58,817 nucleotides of DNA from an uncultured Candidatus Saccharibacteria bacterium (GCA_964481235.1 CAYZYH010000006.1:1-58817); one strand, 5' to 3'. Positions 35,863 through 46,249 are shown, numbered from the stretch's first letter. Program-made: numbers and translations. Notes: a model not told the origin generated them from the letters alone.

Positions 35863-36744
35863 TTAAGATTGTGTATGCAAGTACAAATAGACATGCTCTT
35901 CAGCCTGTGAAATATTTTGTATCCAAGAAATATGCTTATTTCTTCTAAACCAAGTTAGTTGTTTCCTAGATAATTGCCAGGTGGCATTATTTATTTTAGC
36001 TTCTAAATCATCAATACTATACTTACCGTGCAGGTAGTCGATTACTTGGGCGTAGCCAGTTGTATGTAAAAGTATGTCTGTTTGACCGTAATTTTTTAGT
36101 AAATTCTCTACTTCTTGTATAAAGTTATTATTCAACATATATTTTGTTCGTGTTGCTATATTTTGCTTTAACAAAGGCGTTTCTACATACAAACCTAGTA
36201 CGAGTGACATGGGTATATTGCGTTTTCTGTCGTTGTCTTTGCTAGGTCCTTTAGAAATTAACTGCTCAACTCTGCGCCTATTGTTGGTATCAATTTTAAG
36301 ATACTCTTTAGGGTATTTTTGCTGTGCCAATTTACTTAGTTTAGTAAGGCTCATTTCTTTAATTTTTGTTTGATCTGCAAGGCTTAACGTATTTCTGAAT
36401 TTATAATTATATAATACGGCATCTATATACATGCCACTACCGCCAACCAAGAATGGCAGCTTGTTCTTTATTTTTATGTTATCAATAGCTTTTTGTGCGG
36501 CTTTTTTATATTCAGCAGCACTAAATGGTTTGTCTGGACTACAAATATCAATAAGATGGTGTTTCACTCCGCCTTGTTCAGATCTAGTTGGTTTGGCTGT
36601 GCCAACACTCATTCCCTGGTATATGGTTCTAGAATCAGCACACACAATCTCACCATTGAATTTTTTTGCCAATTTAATTGATAAAGAGGTTTTACCAGAG
36701 GCGGTAGCACCCAAAATAGTGACCAGTTTATCTTTTTTAAGCAT
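35863..36744 (-). CDS. miaA: tRNA dimethylallyltransferase
   Basis: P-loop GATASGKTS at the N-terminus and an IPP-transferase layout. The stop overlaps the thrS start. Confidence 0.85.
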   Translation of the reverse strand: MLKKDKLVTILGATASGKTSLSIKLAKKFNGEIVCADSRTIYQGMSVGTAKPTRSEQGGVKHHLIDICSPDKPFSAAEYKKAAQKAIDNIKIKNKLPFLVGGSGMYIDAVLYNYKFRNTLSLADQTKIKEMSLTKLSKLAQQKYPKEYLKIDTNNRRRVEQLISKGPSKDNDRKRNIPMSLVLGLYVETPLLKQNIATRTKYMLNNNFIQEVENLLKNYGQTDILLHTTGYAQVIDYLHGKYSIDDLEAKINNATWQLSRKQLTWFRRNKHISWIQNISQAEEHVYLYLHTQS

Positions 36745-38552
36745 TACAGGCTACGATTTTTGATATTTTTCAATAATGTTGCTAAAAATACTTCATACTT
36801 TTGAGTTCCAAGGTCATTTCCACTATACTGCCTTATAGATACAGAGCTTGTTTTTTGCTCTTTCTCGCCTACAATTAAAGCGTAAGGAACCTTCATAACT
36901 TCTGCATTACGAATTCTTTTACCCAGCGACTCTGAGGAATCGTCTAATTTTACCCTAATACCAGAATCATGGTAGTAATTGGTTACTTCTTGCGCAAACT
37001 TACTAAACTTTTCTGATACTGGAATAATACGTACTTGTTCTGGCGCCAACCAAAGCGGAAATATACCTGCTGTGTGCTCTATGTATACAGATAGGAATCT
37101 TTCGACAGAGCCTAGTATTGCACAATGAATCATGACTGGCTGTTTTTTGTTGGCATTTTTATCGATATACTCTAGATTGAATCTTTGAGGTTGTACAAAG
37201 TCTAGCTGTATAGTTGCTACCTGAGTTTCCCTACCAAGAGCATCTTTGGCTATAAAGTCTATTTTAGGGCCGTAGAAGGCTGCTTCACCTTCATCTACTA
37301 CATACTCCAGATTATTTTCTTTCGCTAAAGTCTCTAGAATGAGCTGTGCATTGTCCCAGAGTTTATTATCACCTAAGTATTGGTCGTTATTATCACGAAA
37401 TGACAAGTGTACACGCTGAATAGGCATAGCTACTTTGCGATACAATTCCGAAACAATCTCTATCAAGCCATTCACAGATTCAGAAACTTGCTCTTCTGTA
37501 CAAAATATATGAGAGTCGTCTTGAGTTATTGAGCGTACTCTTTCGAGTCCATTGAGTTCGCCCGACTTCTCGTCCCGGTATACCGTTGTATTCTCCATAT
37601 ACTTAATTGGTAAATCTCGGTAGCTTCTCTGTTTTGATGAGTAAATTTGTGCATGATGCGGGCAATTCATTGGTTTTAACACCAACTCATCTGATGTTTC
37701 TTGGCTTTTAACCAAAAATAACTCATCACCAAACTTTTGCCAGTGTCCAGAAGCCTCATACAGCTCTTTTTTAGTAATATGCGGAACCCAGACTTCTTCA
37801 AAGCCTTTGCTTTGCTTTAACTCAACTGAATACTCTCCAAGTAGTTGTCTCAATATAGTCCCTCTAGGGGTAAAAAGCGGTAAACCAGATCCCACTAACT
37901 CTGAAAACGTAAATAAATCTAGTTTTGACCCAAGCTTGCGGTGATCGCGCTTAGTGGCTTCTTCTAACATTTGCTTGTAATTATTTAATTCTTCTTTAGT
38001 TGTAAAAGCTACACCATAAATTCTCTGTAATTGTGGATTGGTTTCATCCCCACGCCAAAATACACCCGATATTTTAGTTAGATCAAAGCTATCTGGGTTT
38101 ATCTCTGAAGTATTTTTTACGTGTGGTCCGCGACACAAGTCTACAAATTCGCCCGTTTTATATACCGTAACTGTTGTTATTTTTTCATCATTTTGTACCA
38201 AATCTCTATCACCTGCATCACTAACTGCTGTAGAGCCCTTGGTTTTTAAGTCATTTAATAGCTCAACCTTGAAGTCTTGCTTGTTTTTCTTGAAATATGC
38301 TATTGCTTCGTCAATAGGCCACTCTTCTTTCACAAAATCTAATTTTTGGCTAATCATTTTTTGCATGGCTTTGCGTATTTTGAGTAAGTCAGCCAATGCT
38401 AATGGCTTATCTAAGCTCATATCGTAGTAAAATCCATTCTCTACTACGGGTCCGACCCCAAACTTTGCTTCTGGGTGCTGTACTTGCATCACAGCGGCAA
38501 GAATATGGGCAAGACTATGTCTTATTTTATGTAGCTGTTCGTCTTTGTTCAT
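36744..38552 (-). CDS. thrS: Threonine--tRNA ligase
   Basis: 602 aa with an editing-domain HxxxH (RHSLAHILA), class II motifs and a C-terminal anticodon-binding domain. Confidence 0.9.
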   Translation of the reverse strand: MNKDEQLHKIRHSLAHILAAVMQVQHPEAKFGVGPVVENGFYYDMSLDKPLALADLLKIRKAMQKMISQKLDFVKEEWPIDEAIAYFKKNKQDFKVELLNDLKTKGSTAVSDAGDRDLVQNDEKITTVTVYKTGEFVDLCRGPHVKNTSEINPDSFDLTKISGVFWRGDETNPQLQRIYGVAFTTKEELNNYKQMLEEATKRDHRKLGSKLDLFTFSELVGSGLPLFTPRGTILRQLLGEYSVELKQSKGFEEVWVPHITKKELYEASGHWQKFGDELFLVKSQETSDELVLKPMNCPHHAQIYSSKQRSYRDLPIKYMENTTVYRDEKSGELNGLERVRSITQDDSHIFCTEEQVSESVNGLIEIVSELYRKVAMPIQRVHLSFRDNNDQYLGDNKLWDNAQLILETLAKENNLEYVVDEGEAAFYGPKIDFIAKDALGRETQVATIQLDFVQPQRFNLEYIDKNANKKQPVMIHCAILGSVERFLSVYIEHTAGIFPLWLAPEQVRIIPVSEKFSKFAQEVTNYYHDSGIRVKLDDSSESLGKRIRNAEVMKVPYALIVGEKEQKTSSVSIRQYSGNDLGTQKYEVFLATLLKNIKNRSL

Positions 38553-38579
38553 AATTACTCCTTAAATAATAAAAACCAC

Positions 38580-38700
38580 CTTGTAAGTGCTCGGTCCCAA
38601 AAGTCTTGGGAGGTTCCACCGAGCTTATCCGTGGTGGATCTCTCTTTGCCTATCAGTTACGCCGACTGGCTTACGAGACACATAGGTTGGTTAGGCCTAT
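38580..38700 (-). promoter_or_regulatory. Candidate T-box-like leader upstream of thrS
   Basis: The minus strand contains AAGCUCGGUGGAACCUCCC, resembling the T-box core (AAUUAGGGUGGNACCGCG), within a ~200-nt structured, ORF-free 5' region of thrS. Weak. Confidence 0.3.
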
Positions 38701-38756
38701 ATATAGTCTTATTTAGCTAAACTCTATTTTAGCAAACATTTAAGATAATTCAATTG

Positions 38757-38831
<75 letters not shown>

Positions 38832-38931
38832 CAGTAAAAGCAATGATTTGGTTTAATATACTTTATTAAATAGTACTCTATAGAATTATATCCTTTATCA
38901 GGTTAGTTTACAATTTAATATAAAAGACGGT

Positions 38932-40188
38932 CTAATGTTGGGTACTTTTTCTCACTTCATCTGTAGCAAATCCAATCTTATCAAGAGAAAATGACTGCTC
39001 AGCCCAAGAGCTAGCCGATAAAACAACTTTAGAACCATACTTATTTTCTAGAGAATCTACAGCCTCAGACAAAGCTGAATTACCAGGGCCTAAGGACGTA
39101 GGTAAAAAATCTAGTTGTCGTAATGATGTTAAATCTATCAAAGTAATGTTAATTTTCTTCAATTTAGAAATATATTTATGTTTTTTTAACAACATATTAA
39201 TATAATGGATAATTAAATAATTACTACTAAAGGCAGGTAGCTTGTTAAGCTTATAATTGAAATAAATATTATCAATATAGGCCAGCTGAATAACCAAGCC
39301 TTTAGCAAATAACTTATTTTCTCTAAGTCTATAACCAAGAACTTCAGCTATTTTTATACAATATGTTGTAATTTTATATAAATTAGTGTTTTTTAAACCT
39401 GTTATGGTCACTTGGTGACCTAGTGATTTACGTTCTATAACTGGTAATTCATCTACTTCGTAACCCCTAAGTCTTAGGTACCATTTTTGGCCATTTACAC
39501 CAAAGTGTCTACTTAGAAACCTCCAAGAAGATCGATACAGATCAGATGGCGTATTGATTTGTTGAGATATAAACTGCTTAGCCATTCTCTTACCTACACC
39601 GGTAAGATCGGTAAGCTTAAAGTTAGAATAAAATTCTAAAAGATTGGACTGTTCTATACAAAATAAACCATTAGGCTTGTCATAGCTCGCGGCCATTTTG
39701 GCTAGCCAGACATTGCTAGCTATGCCAATAGAACAATTTATATGTTCATCATATAAATTTCTAATAGAGCTATTTATTGCTTTACATAAAGCAAATACTC
39801 GATCTTTATTTTGCGCGTACGAAGGCACTTTGAGGTATGCCTCGTCTATTCCACGGGCTCTCACTCGGCAAATTGTACTATGTAGTACATTCATAAATTC
39901 ATTGTGAACTTGTCTATATTGAGTTGGATTGCCATAAGCTATCTCTATATCTGGGCAAAGCATTAGAGCCTCACCTACCTTAATACCAGTATATATACCG
40001 GCTCGCTTTGCAATATACGATGCAGCTACAATACTTGAACCCATTGTATAACCAGTCGCTATACCCACTGGTTTATTGCGTAATCTCGGGTTGTAATACT
40101 GCTCTACCGATGCAAAAAATGAATCCATGTCTATATATATAGTTGAGTAGTCTATGGGTTTTTGGCGTAACATTTTTTCTGGAATCAT
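38932..40188 (-). CDS. dinB: Y-family DNA polymerase IV (DinB/ImpB/UmuC family)
   Basis: N-terminal IDMDSFFASVEQ catalytic motif and the overall Y-family layout. Confidence 0.85.
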   Translation of the reverse strand: MIPEKMLRQKPIDYSTIYIDMDSFFASVEQYYNPRLRNKPVGIATGYTMGSSIVAASYIAKRAGIYTGIKVGEALMLCPDIEIAYGNPTQYRQVHNEFMNVLHSTICRVRARGIDEAYLKVPSYAQNKDRVFALCKAINSSIRNLYDEHINCSIGIASNVWLAKMAASYDKPNGLFCIEQSNLLEFYSNFKLTDLTGVGKRMAKQFISQQINTPSDLYRSSWRFLSRHFGVNGQKWYLRLRGYEVDELPVIERKSLGHQVTITGLKNTNLYKITTYCIKIAEVLGYRLRENKLFAKGLVIQLAYIDNIYFNYKLNKLPAFSSNYLIIHYINMLLKKHKYISKLKKINITLIDLTSLRQLDFLPTSLGPGNSALSEAVDSLENKYGSKVVLSASSWAEQSFSLDKIGFATDEVRKSTQH

Positions 40189-40327
40189 ATAAATATACTA
40201 CCAAAAATTAACCATATTTTACAAACAAATACCGAACGATTGTGACTAAGTTTATTGCAAGACTAACTTAATTACAGTACAATACTCGAAACCATCAGTA
40301 CCTACACATCTTAAGGATATTTAAGAC

Positions 40328-40852
40328 ATGAAATTTGTACACTTCTTGCAACGCCTTAGATGTCGTCGTGGACCCAAACCTATTGGTCCCTCCGATAACA
40401 CATTGGGCTTAACGTTCCTTGTACAACCCAACTTCTACTACTTTGAGGGGTGCGGACGGCCATGCTGGTTGCCACTCAACCCCGCTCCTAAACGTGGTGG
40501 ACCAGATTGGGCAGTTACAGATGGCTGGCCAACGGAACCAGACTATGCCGATTATAAATATATCAAAAGAAACTACGTGCTAGATGATCCAGATATGGTC
40601 GACAACTATGTGCGAGTTATAGGTCAAGTCCGCAGTCAAATGACCGTGAATGAGATTGGTCAAAAATCAGACATCTGGGATGTCATCGCTATTCCACCCG
40701 AGAAGGCAACGCGAAATACACATCTCATTGCAGAAACCGATGCCGATGGGAACTATATAGTTTATGCAAGCGATTTATGGCTTGGCAATACCGGATGGAG
40801 AGACATACCATACGAAATGCCTCAGGCCACTCTAGATCTTCTAGATACCTAA
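40328..40852 (+). CDS. Hypothetical protein (174 aa) in a GC-richer islet
   Basis: ORF with composition distinct from neighbours. Trp/Pro/Asp-rich. Followed by a perfect intrinsic terminator. Confidence 0.45.
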   Translation: MKFVHFLQRLRCRRGPKPIGPSDNTLGLTFLVQPNFYYFEGCGRPCWLPLNPAPKRGGPDWAVTDGWPTEPDYADYKYIKRNYVLDDPDMVDNYVRVIGQVRSQMTVNEIGQKSDIWDVIAIPPEKATRNTHLIAETDADGNYIVYASDLWLGNTGWRDIPYEMPQATLDLLDT

Positions 40853-40857
40853 TCAAA

Positions 40858-40886
40858 ACACCTCTCAATTTTTGAGAGGTGTTTTT
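40858..40886 (+). terminator. Rho-independent terminator
   Basis: CACCTCTCAATTTTTGAGAGGTG hairpin followed by TTTTT. Confidence 0.8.
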
Positions 40887-40919
40887 ACTTACTTAAGTAA
40901 TCTTGTTGATTTATATTGT

Positions 40920-41624
40920 CTAAGAATCTTTCGAAGTGTCGGTGTCAGTAGCTTTTTCTTCACCACCCTCGGTAGCTTCACCCTCAGCACCTTCGGTACC
41001 CTCTTCACCTTCTTCAGCAGGCATTTCTTCTACAATGTCTTCGTCGAGAGCATCAATTTCTTCTTGTGATCGTGGAGCTTCCACCTTAGCAACTAGTTCT
41101 TCGCCATCAACAAATATCTCAACTCCTCCTGGTATAACCAAATCTCTTACATGAATAGATTTTTCAAAGTCATCAAGCCCACTAATATCTACTTCTATAT
41201 TAGCTGGGAGCTTGGCTGGGAGCGTTTCTACCTCTACTTCTTCAATATTCGTAAGCAATGTACCTTCTAGTTGGTAAACAGCTGGAGCGTCGCCCACAAA
41301 GTGCAATGGCACAGTAGTACGAATAGCCTGGCTCATATTTACCCTGTATAGATCGGCGTGAATAAGATCACCAGTAACAGGGTCGTGATTAACATCATGA
41401 ATAAGTACATTAGCAGACTTATCTTGATCTATCTTGAGATCTAAGATAGTGTTGTGACCTGATACAGCAAATACACGTCCAAACTCATGGGCATTCAAAA
41501 ATATAGGCTCATTGTCTTTATCTTGACCATACACAATAGCCGGCAAATTACCAGATTTGCGCTCGGTTGAAAGTTTTTTTCCAAACACATTGCGTGTCTG
41601 GCCAATAAGTGTAGTTTTGTCCAT
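40920..41624 (-). CDS. rplY: 50S ribosomal protein L25 / general stress protein Ctc, with an acidic C-terminal tail
   Basis: N-terminal bL25 domain (R..G....R..G.IPAIVYG) plus a Ctc-type C-domain. The Glu/Gly-rich low-complexity tail is unusual. Confidence 0.8.
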   Translation of the reverse strand: MDKTTLIGQTRNVFGKKLSTERKSGNLPAIVYGQDKDNEPIFLNAHEFGRVFAVSGHNTILDLKIDQDKSANVLIHDVNHDPVTGDLIHADLYRVNMSQAIRTTVPLHFVGDAPAVYQLEGTLLTNIEEVEVETLPAKLPANIEVDISGLDDFEKSIHVRDLVIPGGVEIFVDGEELVAKVEAPRSQEEIDALDEDIVEEMPAEEGEEGTEGAEGEATEGGEEKATDTDTSKDS

Positions 41625-41639
41625 AATGTAATTAAAATA

Positions 41640-42005
41640 TTAGAAGTGGGAATTGAGATCGGTAGTATGACTGGTAAGGTAGAGATGTAAGTCAGCAACT
41701 TCGCTAGAATTAATTGGAGAAAGACTCGAGAAGCGTTGCTTTTCACCCTTTTCTAAGTCATTCTTACGAAGCTTACTGCCATAGTAATGGCTAGATTTGG
41801 TCTTTTTACTCTCTAGTTGACCACTCAATAAAACAGTGGCAAGAATTGGTAATGAACAAGCTGTACAGGTTAGTTGCATAAAACAATGTTCATCTATACG
41901 ACCCAAAAAGGTAATATCCTCATGTTGGTACTGTGCACCACATGATGGACACTTGTAAAATACTTGTAGATTTTTTATCAATTCTTGAAGGTTCTTACCA
42001 TTCAT
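41640..42005 (-). CDS. Zinc-ribbon-containing hypothetical protein
   Basis: CPSCG...CTAC pairs (CxxC...CxxC) in a 121-aa protein. Confidence 0.45.
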   Translation of the reverse strand: MNGKNLQELIKNLQVFYKCPSCGAQYQHEDITFLGRIDEHCFMQLTCTACSLPILATVLLSGQLESKKTKSSHYYGSKLRKNDLEKGEKQRFSSLSPINSSEVADLHLYLTSHTTDLNSHF

Positions 42006-42057
42006 ATTTACTACCCTCTTGCACCCAAGTGTAGCACAATATCGCTTGTAGTGTCAA

Positions 42058-43125
42058 TCAAGACCGTCTGCTTTTGCGTCTAATAATTACTGATAGAAGT
42101 AGAAACATCAACATAAGCAGTATAACTAACGAGAAAATAGCCACGATCTTTTGAGTTGGCGATGCTATAAGAGCAATGCCACCAAATATTATACAGAGTG
42201 CATAAATACTAAGAGCCGCTTGACGCTGTGATAGACCAGCATCTAACAATAGATAGTGCAAGTGTCCTCTATCGGCACTAAATGGCGATCTACCGCTTAA
42301 AACGCGTCTCAGAGCTGCCCAAACGGCATCTATTATAGGAACACCCAGTACTAGTGCTGCGGTAGCAAGCTTACCACCAGAGAATATAGCGATTACACCT
42401 AGGCTCATACCCAAAAAGTATGCCCCAGAATCACCATTAAATATTTTAGCTGGATGAAAGTTGTACACCAAATAACCCATACAACCACCGGCTAAGGCAA
42501 TAGAAATGAGCGCGGTCTGACTTTGGTGCACATCTGGGCTTAAGGCTAAAAAGAACATTACTACAGCCGCAATTGCAGCGATACCACCAGACAAACCATC
42601 TATTCCATCTACAAAGTTCATGGTGTTGGTCATACCAGCCAACCAAAGGGTGGTAAGAAATAACGCCACTACATTAAAACTCACCATATAACCAAGAACT
42701 GCAAAGCTAAAAGTTGGGTCGGTAAAAACAAAACTTTGTCCGCCAATAGGGTTAGTCACAGCTTCTATTCGAATTCCAAAAAAGCTAAATGCTATAATTG
42801 CCGCCAAAATCTGCACTGCAAGTTTTTGCAATGGTTTTAACCTAGAAATATCGTCTATAAAGCCTAGCACCAATACTATTGTGCTAGCTACTATCAAACC
42901 CCAGTACCCTAGGTTGCGTTCGGGTACTAAAATTAGTGTAGTAATAATAAAGGCCAAAAATATAGCTATACCACCGCCACGCGCCATCTTGGTGGTGTGT
43001 ATTTTTCTACTGTTCTTTTCGGGCTTAGCATCTACCGCACCGACCATAAAGGCGAACTTTTTTACCGCTGGTACAAAAAGTGCAGCCAAAATAAATGTAG
43101 CAAGTAGAGCAACTATATATATCAT
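42058..43125 (-). CDS. Polyprenyl-phosphate N-acetylhexosamine-1-phosphate transferase (WecA/MraY family)
   Basis: NFVDGIDGLSGG and GDSGAYFLG motifs, a WecA-like DRGHLHYLL, and ~10 TM helices. Confidence 0.8.
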   Translation of the reverse strand: MIYIVALLATFILAALFVPAVKKFAFMVGAVDAKPEKNSRKIHTTKMARGGGIAIFLAFIITTLILVPERNLGYWGLIVASTIVLVLGFIDDISRLKPLQKLAVQILAAIIAFSFFGIRIEAVTNPIGGQSFVFTDPTFSFAVLGYMVSFNVVALFLTTLWLAGMTNTMNFVDGIDGLSGGIAAIAAVVMFFLALSPDVHQSQTALISIALAGGCMGYLVYNFHPAKIFNGDSGAYFLGMSLGVIAIFSGGKLATAALVLGVPIIDAVWAALRRVLSGRSPFSADRGHLHYLLLDAGLSQRQAALSIYALCIIFGGIALIASPTQKIVAIFSLVILLMLMFLLLSVIIRRKSRRS

Positions 43126-44789
43126 TTCTTTACAGCTTTCTCGGTAACGACAAACCCTAAATAGCGACCAAACATCAGCTTGGTTTGAGCACTAATGGCA
43201 GCAAAGGCCCCAAAAACTATAGCTGTAACCGGTACTAATATCCACTGCAACACCATATATATTATGCGGTGCCTTCTAATGTGTGCAGGGCGCTTGGGTA
43301 ACATAATAAAACTTATCCAGATAGTCACAAATAATCCAACCATTGCCAGCGTAAGTATATTAGATGCTACTATTGGTAACTGATGAGCTATAGCCTGTCT
43401 GTTAAATGAAGTATTAAGATACAGGGGTGTCCAGGCGGCAAAGGTAAGAATAAGTGGTGCCGTTGCCCAACTAAAATGCCCTTCAAATAATCTACCTATC
43501 TGTAAGAGTTTGTTGCTTGCAGGTATATTGGTGTTTTTTACAGAGTTTTTTACAACATAAGGAAAATCACTTACTCCGTACGCCCATCTTTGGAGCTGCT
43601 TAAACTGAGCAATAAAGGTTCTTCTATAAGTGCGAGCCAAGACAGCATCTTGATATATAGGTAGGAACAAAGGTTCTACCATATAGTCACCGTTAAAGGC
43701 AAAATAGCTACGATAAAATTGATGACCATCTTCTACAGGACTAGTGATAGACCAAAAATCGGTGTCTATTAAGGCATCTAAGCTTTGTGCATGGGAGGCA
43801 AAATTGCGTAATCGACCCTGCCTCACACTCTCTATCATCACCCAAAAAGAATTACTAGTAGCAATTACCCGCATTGGAGCAGGCACATCCCAAATATTAT
43901 TATTAAACAGAGCTAAGGGTTGAAAAGAGCTATGTTTCCTGTTGGGATTTACACAGTAGGCATAAGTTAAACGACTAAAATACTGGGGGTGCACTCGATG
44001 ATCACAATCAATTGTAGTAATAATTACATTGCTTGGATCTATACCTTTTTTTTCTATTGATTTAAGCACTTTTTTACCGGCAAAAGATATATTTGCACCC
44101 TTACCTTTTAATTCTCCGACTATATTGTCTGGGTGACAGTATGTAATATATTCACCAAAATATTTAGAATACTCTTTTTCGAGAGTTTTAGCAGTCTGCT
44201 TAGTAGATTGACCACCTCTGGCCTCGTAGCTAAATACAAAAATAACTTTTTTTCTGTCATACTCTGAATTTATTAGCGCCTGTATAGCTGGCCGTATTAT
44301 ATCTATAGGCTCTATATAAAGTGGCATTATAACAAGATGATATATATCTTTTGGAGGTAATATAGTGGCTTGATGGTCATATAACAGTCTCAATCTTTCC
44401 ACCTCGGCTTTTAGGTGTTTAACGTGAGTTTTGGATGCATTTCTATTGATAGATTTGGTAAGTCTATCTTGAGTGTGTGAAAGAGTTGCCTCTATAGAAT
44501 CTAGCTCAACAATTCTGGCGTTCCAGTCTATAGCCTCTGTGGCACGCATTTTTCTATAACCCAACAGTAGTGAATAGCTCATTCTCAACGACTTAAGTAA
44601 CCAGAAAAGATCAAAAGCGATAATAAAATAAGCCACTCCAATTGGCCATAAAAAGCTTAAGTATATAGGGCTTAGTAAGAATAGCCAGGTAATTAGGCCT
44701 GGCAATATCTCAAATGTTCTATAAAACAGCCGTGAGTCGGCAAAACTTACAGAAGCTGGCATGGTGTCTTGAGTATTAAGTTGTGCCAT
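43122..44789 (-). CDS. Processive family-2 glycosyltransferase (cellulose/chitin-synthase-like), membrane-embedded
   Basis: N-terminal TM helices; a GT2 catalytic core with DCD and a QxxRW motif (QLQRWAYG); C-terminal TM helices. Overlaps the downstream WecA-like gene by 4 nt. Confidence 0.65.
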   Translation of the reverse strand: MAQLNTQDTMPASVSFADSRLFYRTFEILPGLITWLFLLSPIYLSFLWPIGVAYFIIAFDLFWLLKSLRMSYSLLLGYRKMRATEAIDWNARIVELDSIEATLSHTQDRLTKSINRNASKTHVKHLKAEVERLRLLYDHQATILPPKDIYHLVIMPLYIEPIDIIRPAIQALINSEYDRKKVIFVFSYEARGGQSTKQTAKTLEKEYSKYFGEYITYCHPDNIVGELKGKGANISFAGKKVLKSIEKKGIDPSNVIITTIDCDHRVHPQYFSRLTYAYCVNPNRKHSSFQPLALFNNNIWDVPAPMRVIATSNSFWVMIESVRQGRLRNFASHAQSLDALIDTDFWSITSPVEDGHQFYRSYFAFNGDYMVEPLFLPIYQDAVLARTYRRTFIAQFKQLQRWAYGVSDFPYVVKNSVKNTNIPASNKLLQIGRLFEGHFSWATAPLILTFAAWTPLYLNTSFNRQAIAHQLPIVASNILTLAMVGLFVTIWISFIMLPKRPAHIRRHRIIYMVLQWILVPVTAIVFGAFAAISAQTKLMFGRYLGFVVTEKAVKK

Positions 44790-45162
44790 ATTTTATTACC
44801 GTAAAACCGAGTAAAATTGCAATCGCTAAAATTACCACCATTAAGGCAGAAATCGCTAAAAATATACTCAATATTCTATTCTTTTTATGTAGTAGTGTAG
44901 CTAGAAAAATATTCATTATCGAAACAATTGCAGCAATTGCAGCAATATCATAGAGTTGATACCAAGGGCCAAGTTGATCAAAATTTGACAACGAGGTAAA
45001 CCTTACCGGTAGATCAATGTTGACCTTGTAGATATGAGTAATTGACCAAATTATTAAAAAGGCATTACCAGCAATGATTAGTACAACTATACCAATAAGC
45101 CAGCCATCTTTAAAAAACATTTGGCCCTTGAGCTCGGATTTGATTTTTTTTAGTGTCTGCAT
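44776..45162 (-). CDS. Small integral membrane protein
   Basis: 128 aa with 3-4 hydrophobic helices. Overlaps the start of the GT2 gene (operon). Confidence 0.4.
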   Translation of the reverse strand: MQTLKKIKSELKGQMFFKDGWLIGIVVLIIAGNAFLIIWSITHIYKVNIDLPVRFTSLSNFDQLGPWYQLYDIAAIAAIVSIMNIFLATLLHKKNRILSIFLAISALMVVILAIAILLGFTVIKYGTT

Positions 45163-45240
45163 ACCAATATAGTTATATTATACCCTAAAATTGCTGAAAA
45201 AAATGACCCTATCATTAAGTTGGGTCTCTCGATAAATACA

Positions 45241-45316
45241 TGGAGCCGATGAGCGGGATCGAACCGCTGGCCTATACTTTACGAAAGTATCGCTCTACCA
45301 ACTGAGCTACATCGGC
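45241..45316 (-). tRNA. tRNA-Thr (anticodon CGT)
   Basis: Acceptor GCCGAUG/CAUCGGC, D-arm GCUC-AGUUGGUA-GAGC, anticodon arm AUACU-UUCGUAA-AGUAU, T-loop GGUUCGAUCC, and an encoded CCA. Confidence 0.85.
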
Positions 45317-45394
45317 AAAGACACAAATATGAGTTGCTCTTTACAGGTTAGAGCAACTCATATTCTATCATATATATTTTAACTGTAGTTCTAC

Positions 45395-45640
45395 TTAAAC
45401 AATACGTTTTTTTAAACGATTTGAAAGTTTTTGCCAAGCTTCATACTCGGTTATTTTACGCTCATTGGGGCTCAAGAAGAACGATCTTCCAAACTTGGTT
45501 TTACCTTTTTGAGACACCGAACGAATATCTAAAACATTCTCACTACCCAAATAAGGCACTTGGTCGTGTGCCTTTACCACCCTCACCTTTACCTTGCGTG
45601 GTCTGGTGACTTGATAATATGTTAGCATTGCAACTTGCAT
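45395..45640 (-). CDS. Small basic protein, weakly bL19-like
   Basis: 81 aa. VKVRVVKAHDQ....IR and FGRSFFLSP faintly resemble bL19 blocks (VKVWVVEG....IR; VERVFQTHSP). Gene context is not the usual rpsP-rimM-trmD-rplS. Low confidence. Confidence 0.3.
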   Translation of the reverse strand: MQVAMLTYYQVTRPRKVKVRVVKAHDQVPYLGSENVLDIRSVSQKGKTKFGRSFFLSPNERKITEYEAWQKLSNRLKKRIV

Positions 45641-45820
45641 TAGTTGCCCTCCTTTTTGTTTTTTTATTAATTTTTGTTTTTATTTATTAAAAACTTATCT
45701 GACTTCACCTCTGAAGTTACCTATATCGTATCAAATAGTTATGCAATAGTCAATAATATTCTTATGCTTTTTTTATAGTAAAAATCCTCCAAAATTTTTT
45801 CATTCTGAAGGATTAAATTT

Positions 45821-46249
45821 TTACCATGTTTCTCGCTCGGCAATTAAATTTGCCCTAGCCTGCTCTTCAAATATCTTATAAAAATGGTCTGTAGAGAATA
45901 TTCTATCTCTAGACAAGAACCTATCAATAAAGGCATTACGCCCAGAGCTTTGCTGAGAAGCTGGGCCTGCTTGATGCATAGGTAGCCAATGCGATTTTCC
46001 GTCAATCACCATCTCGTAACGTGGAAACTCCAGGTCTAACCAATGATTTTCGCGCTCGAGTCGTCTTACGACTTCGTCAATTACCAACTGTGCTGCAGCA
46101 TCTACCGATGCGTCAAACACAACTCCGGTATCTACTACTCCACTATCAGTAAGTTCACGAGCTGCGCTTACTGCGGCTTCTCGCCATTGCTGCTTCAGCC
46201 TATCTGTCACTAGCGCCGTATCGGCCATCTTACTCCTTTGTGTAGGCAC
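45821..46249 (-). CDS. Hypothetical protein (142 aa)
   Basis: ORF whose stop/start (ATGA) overlaps the upstream hydrolase gene. No motifs recognised. Confidence 0.4.
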   Translation of the reverse strand: MPTQRSKMADTALVTDRLKQQWREAAVSAARELTDSGVVDTGVVFDASVDAAAQLVIDEVVRRLERENHWLDLEFPRYEMVIDGKSHWLPMHQAGPASQQSSGRNAFIDRFLSRDRIFSTDHFYKIFEEQARANLIAERETW

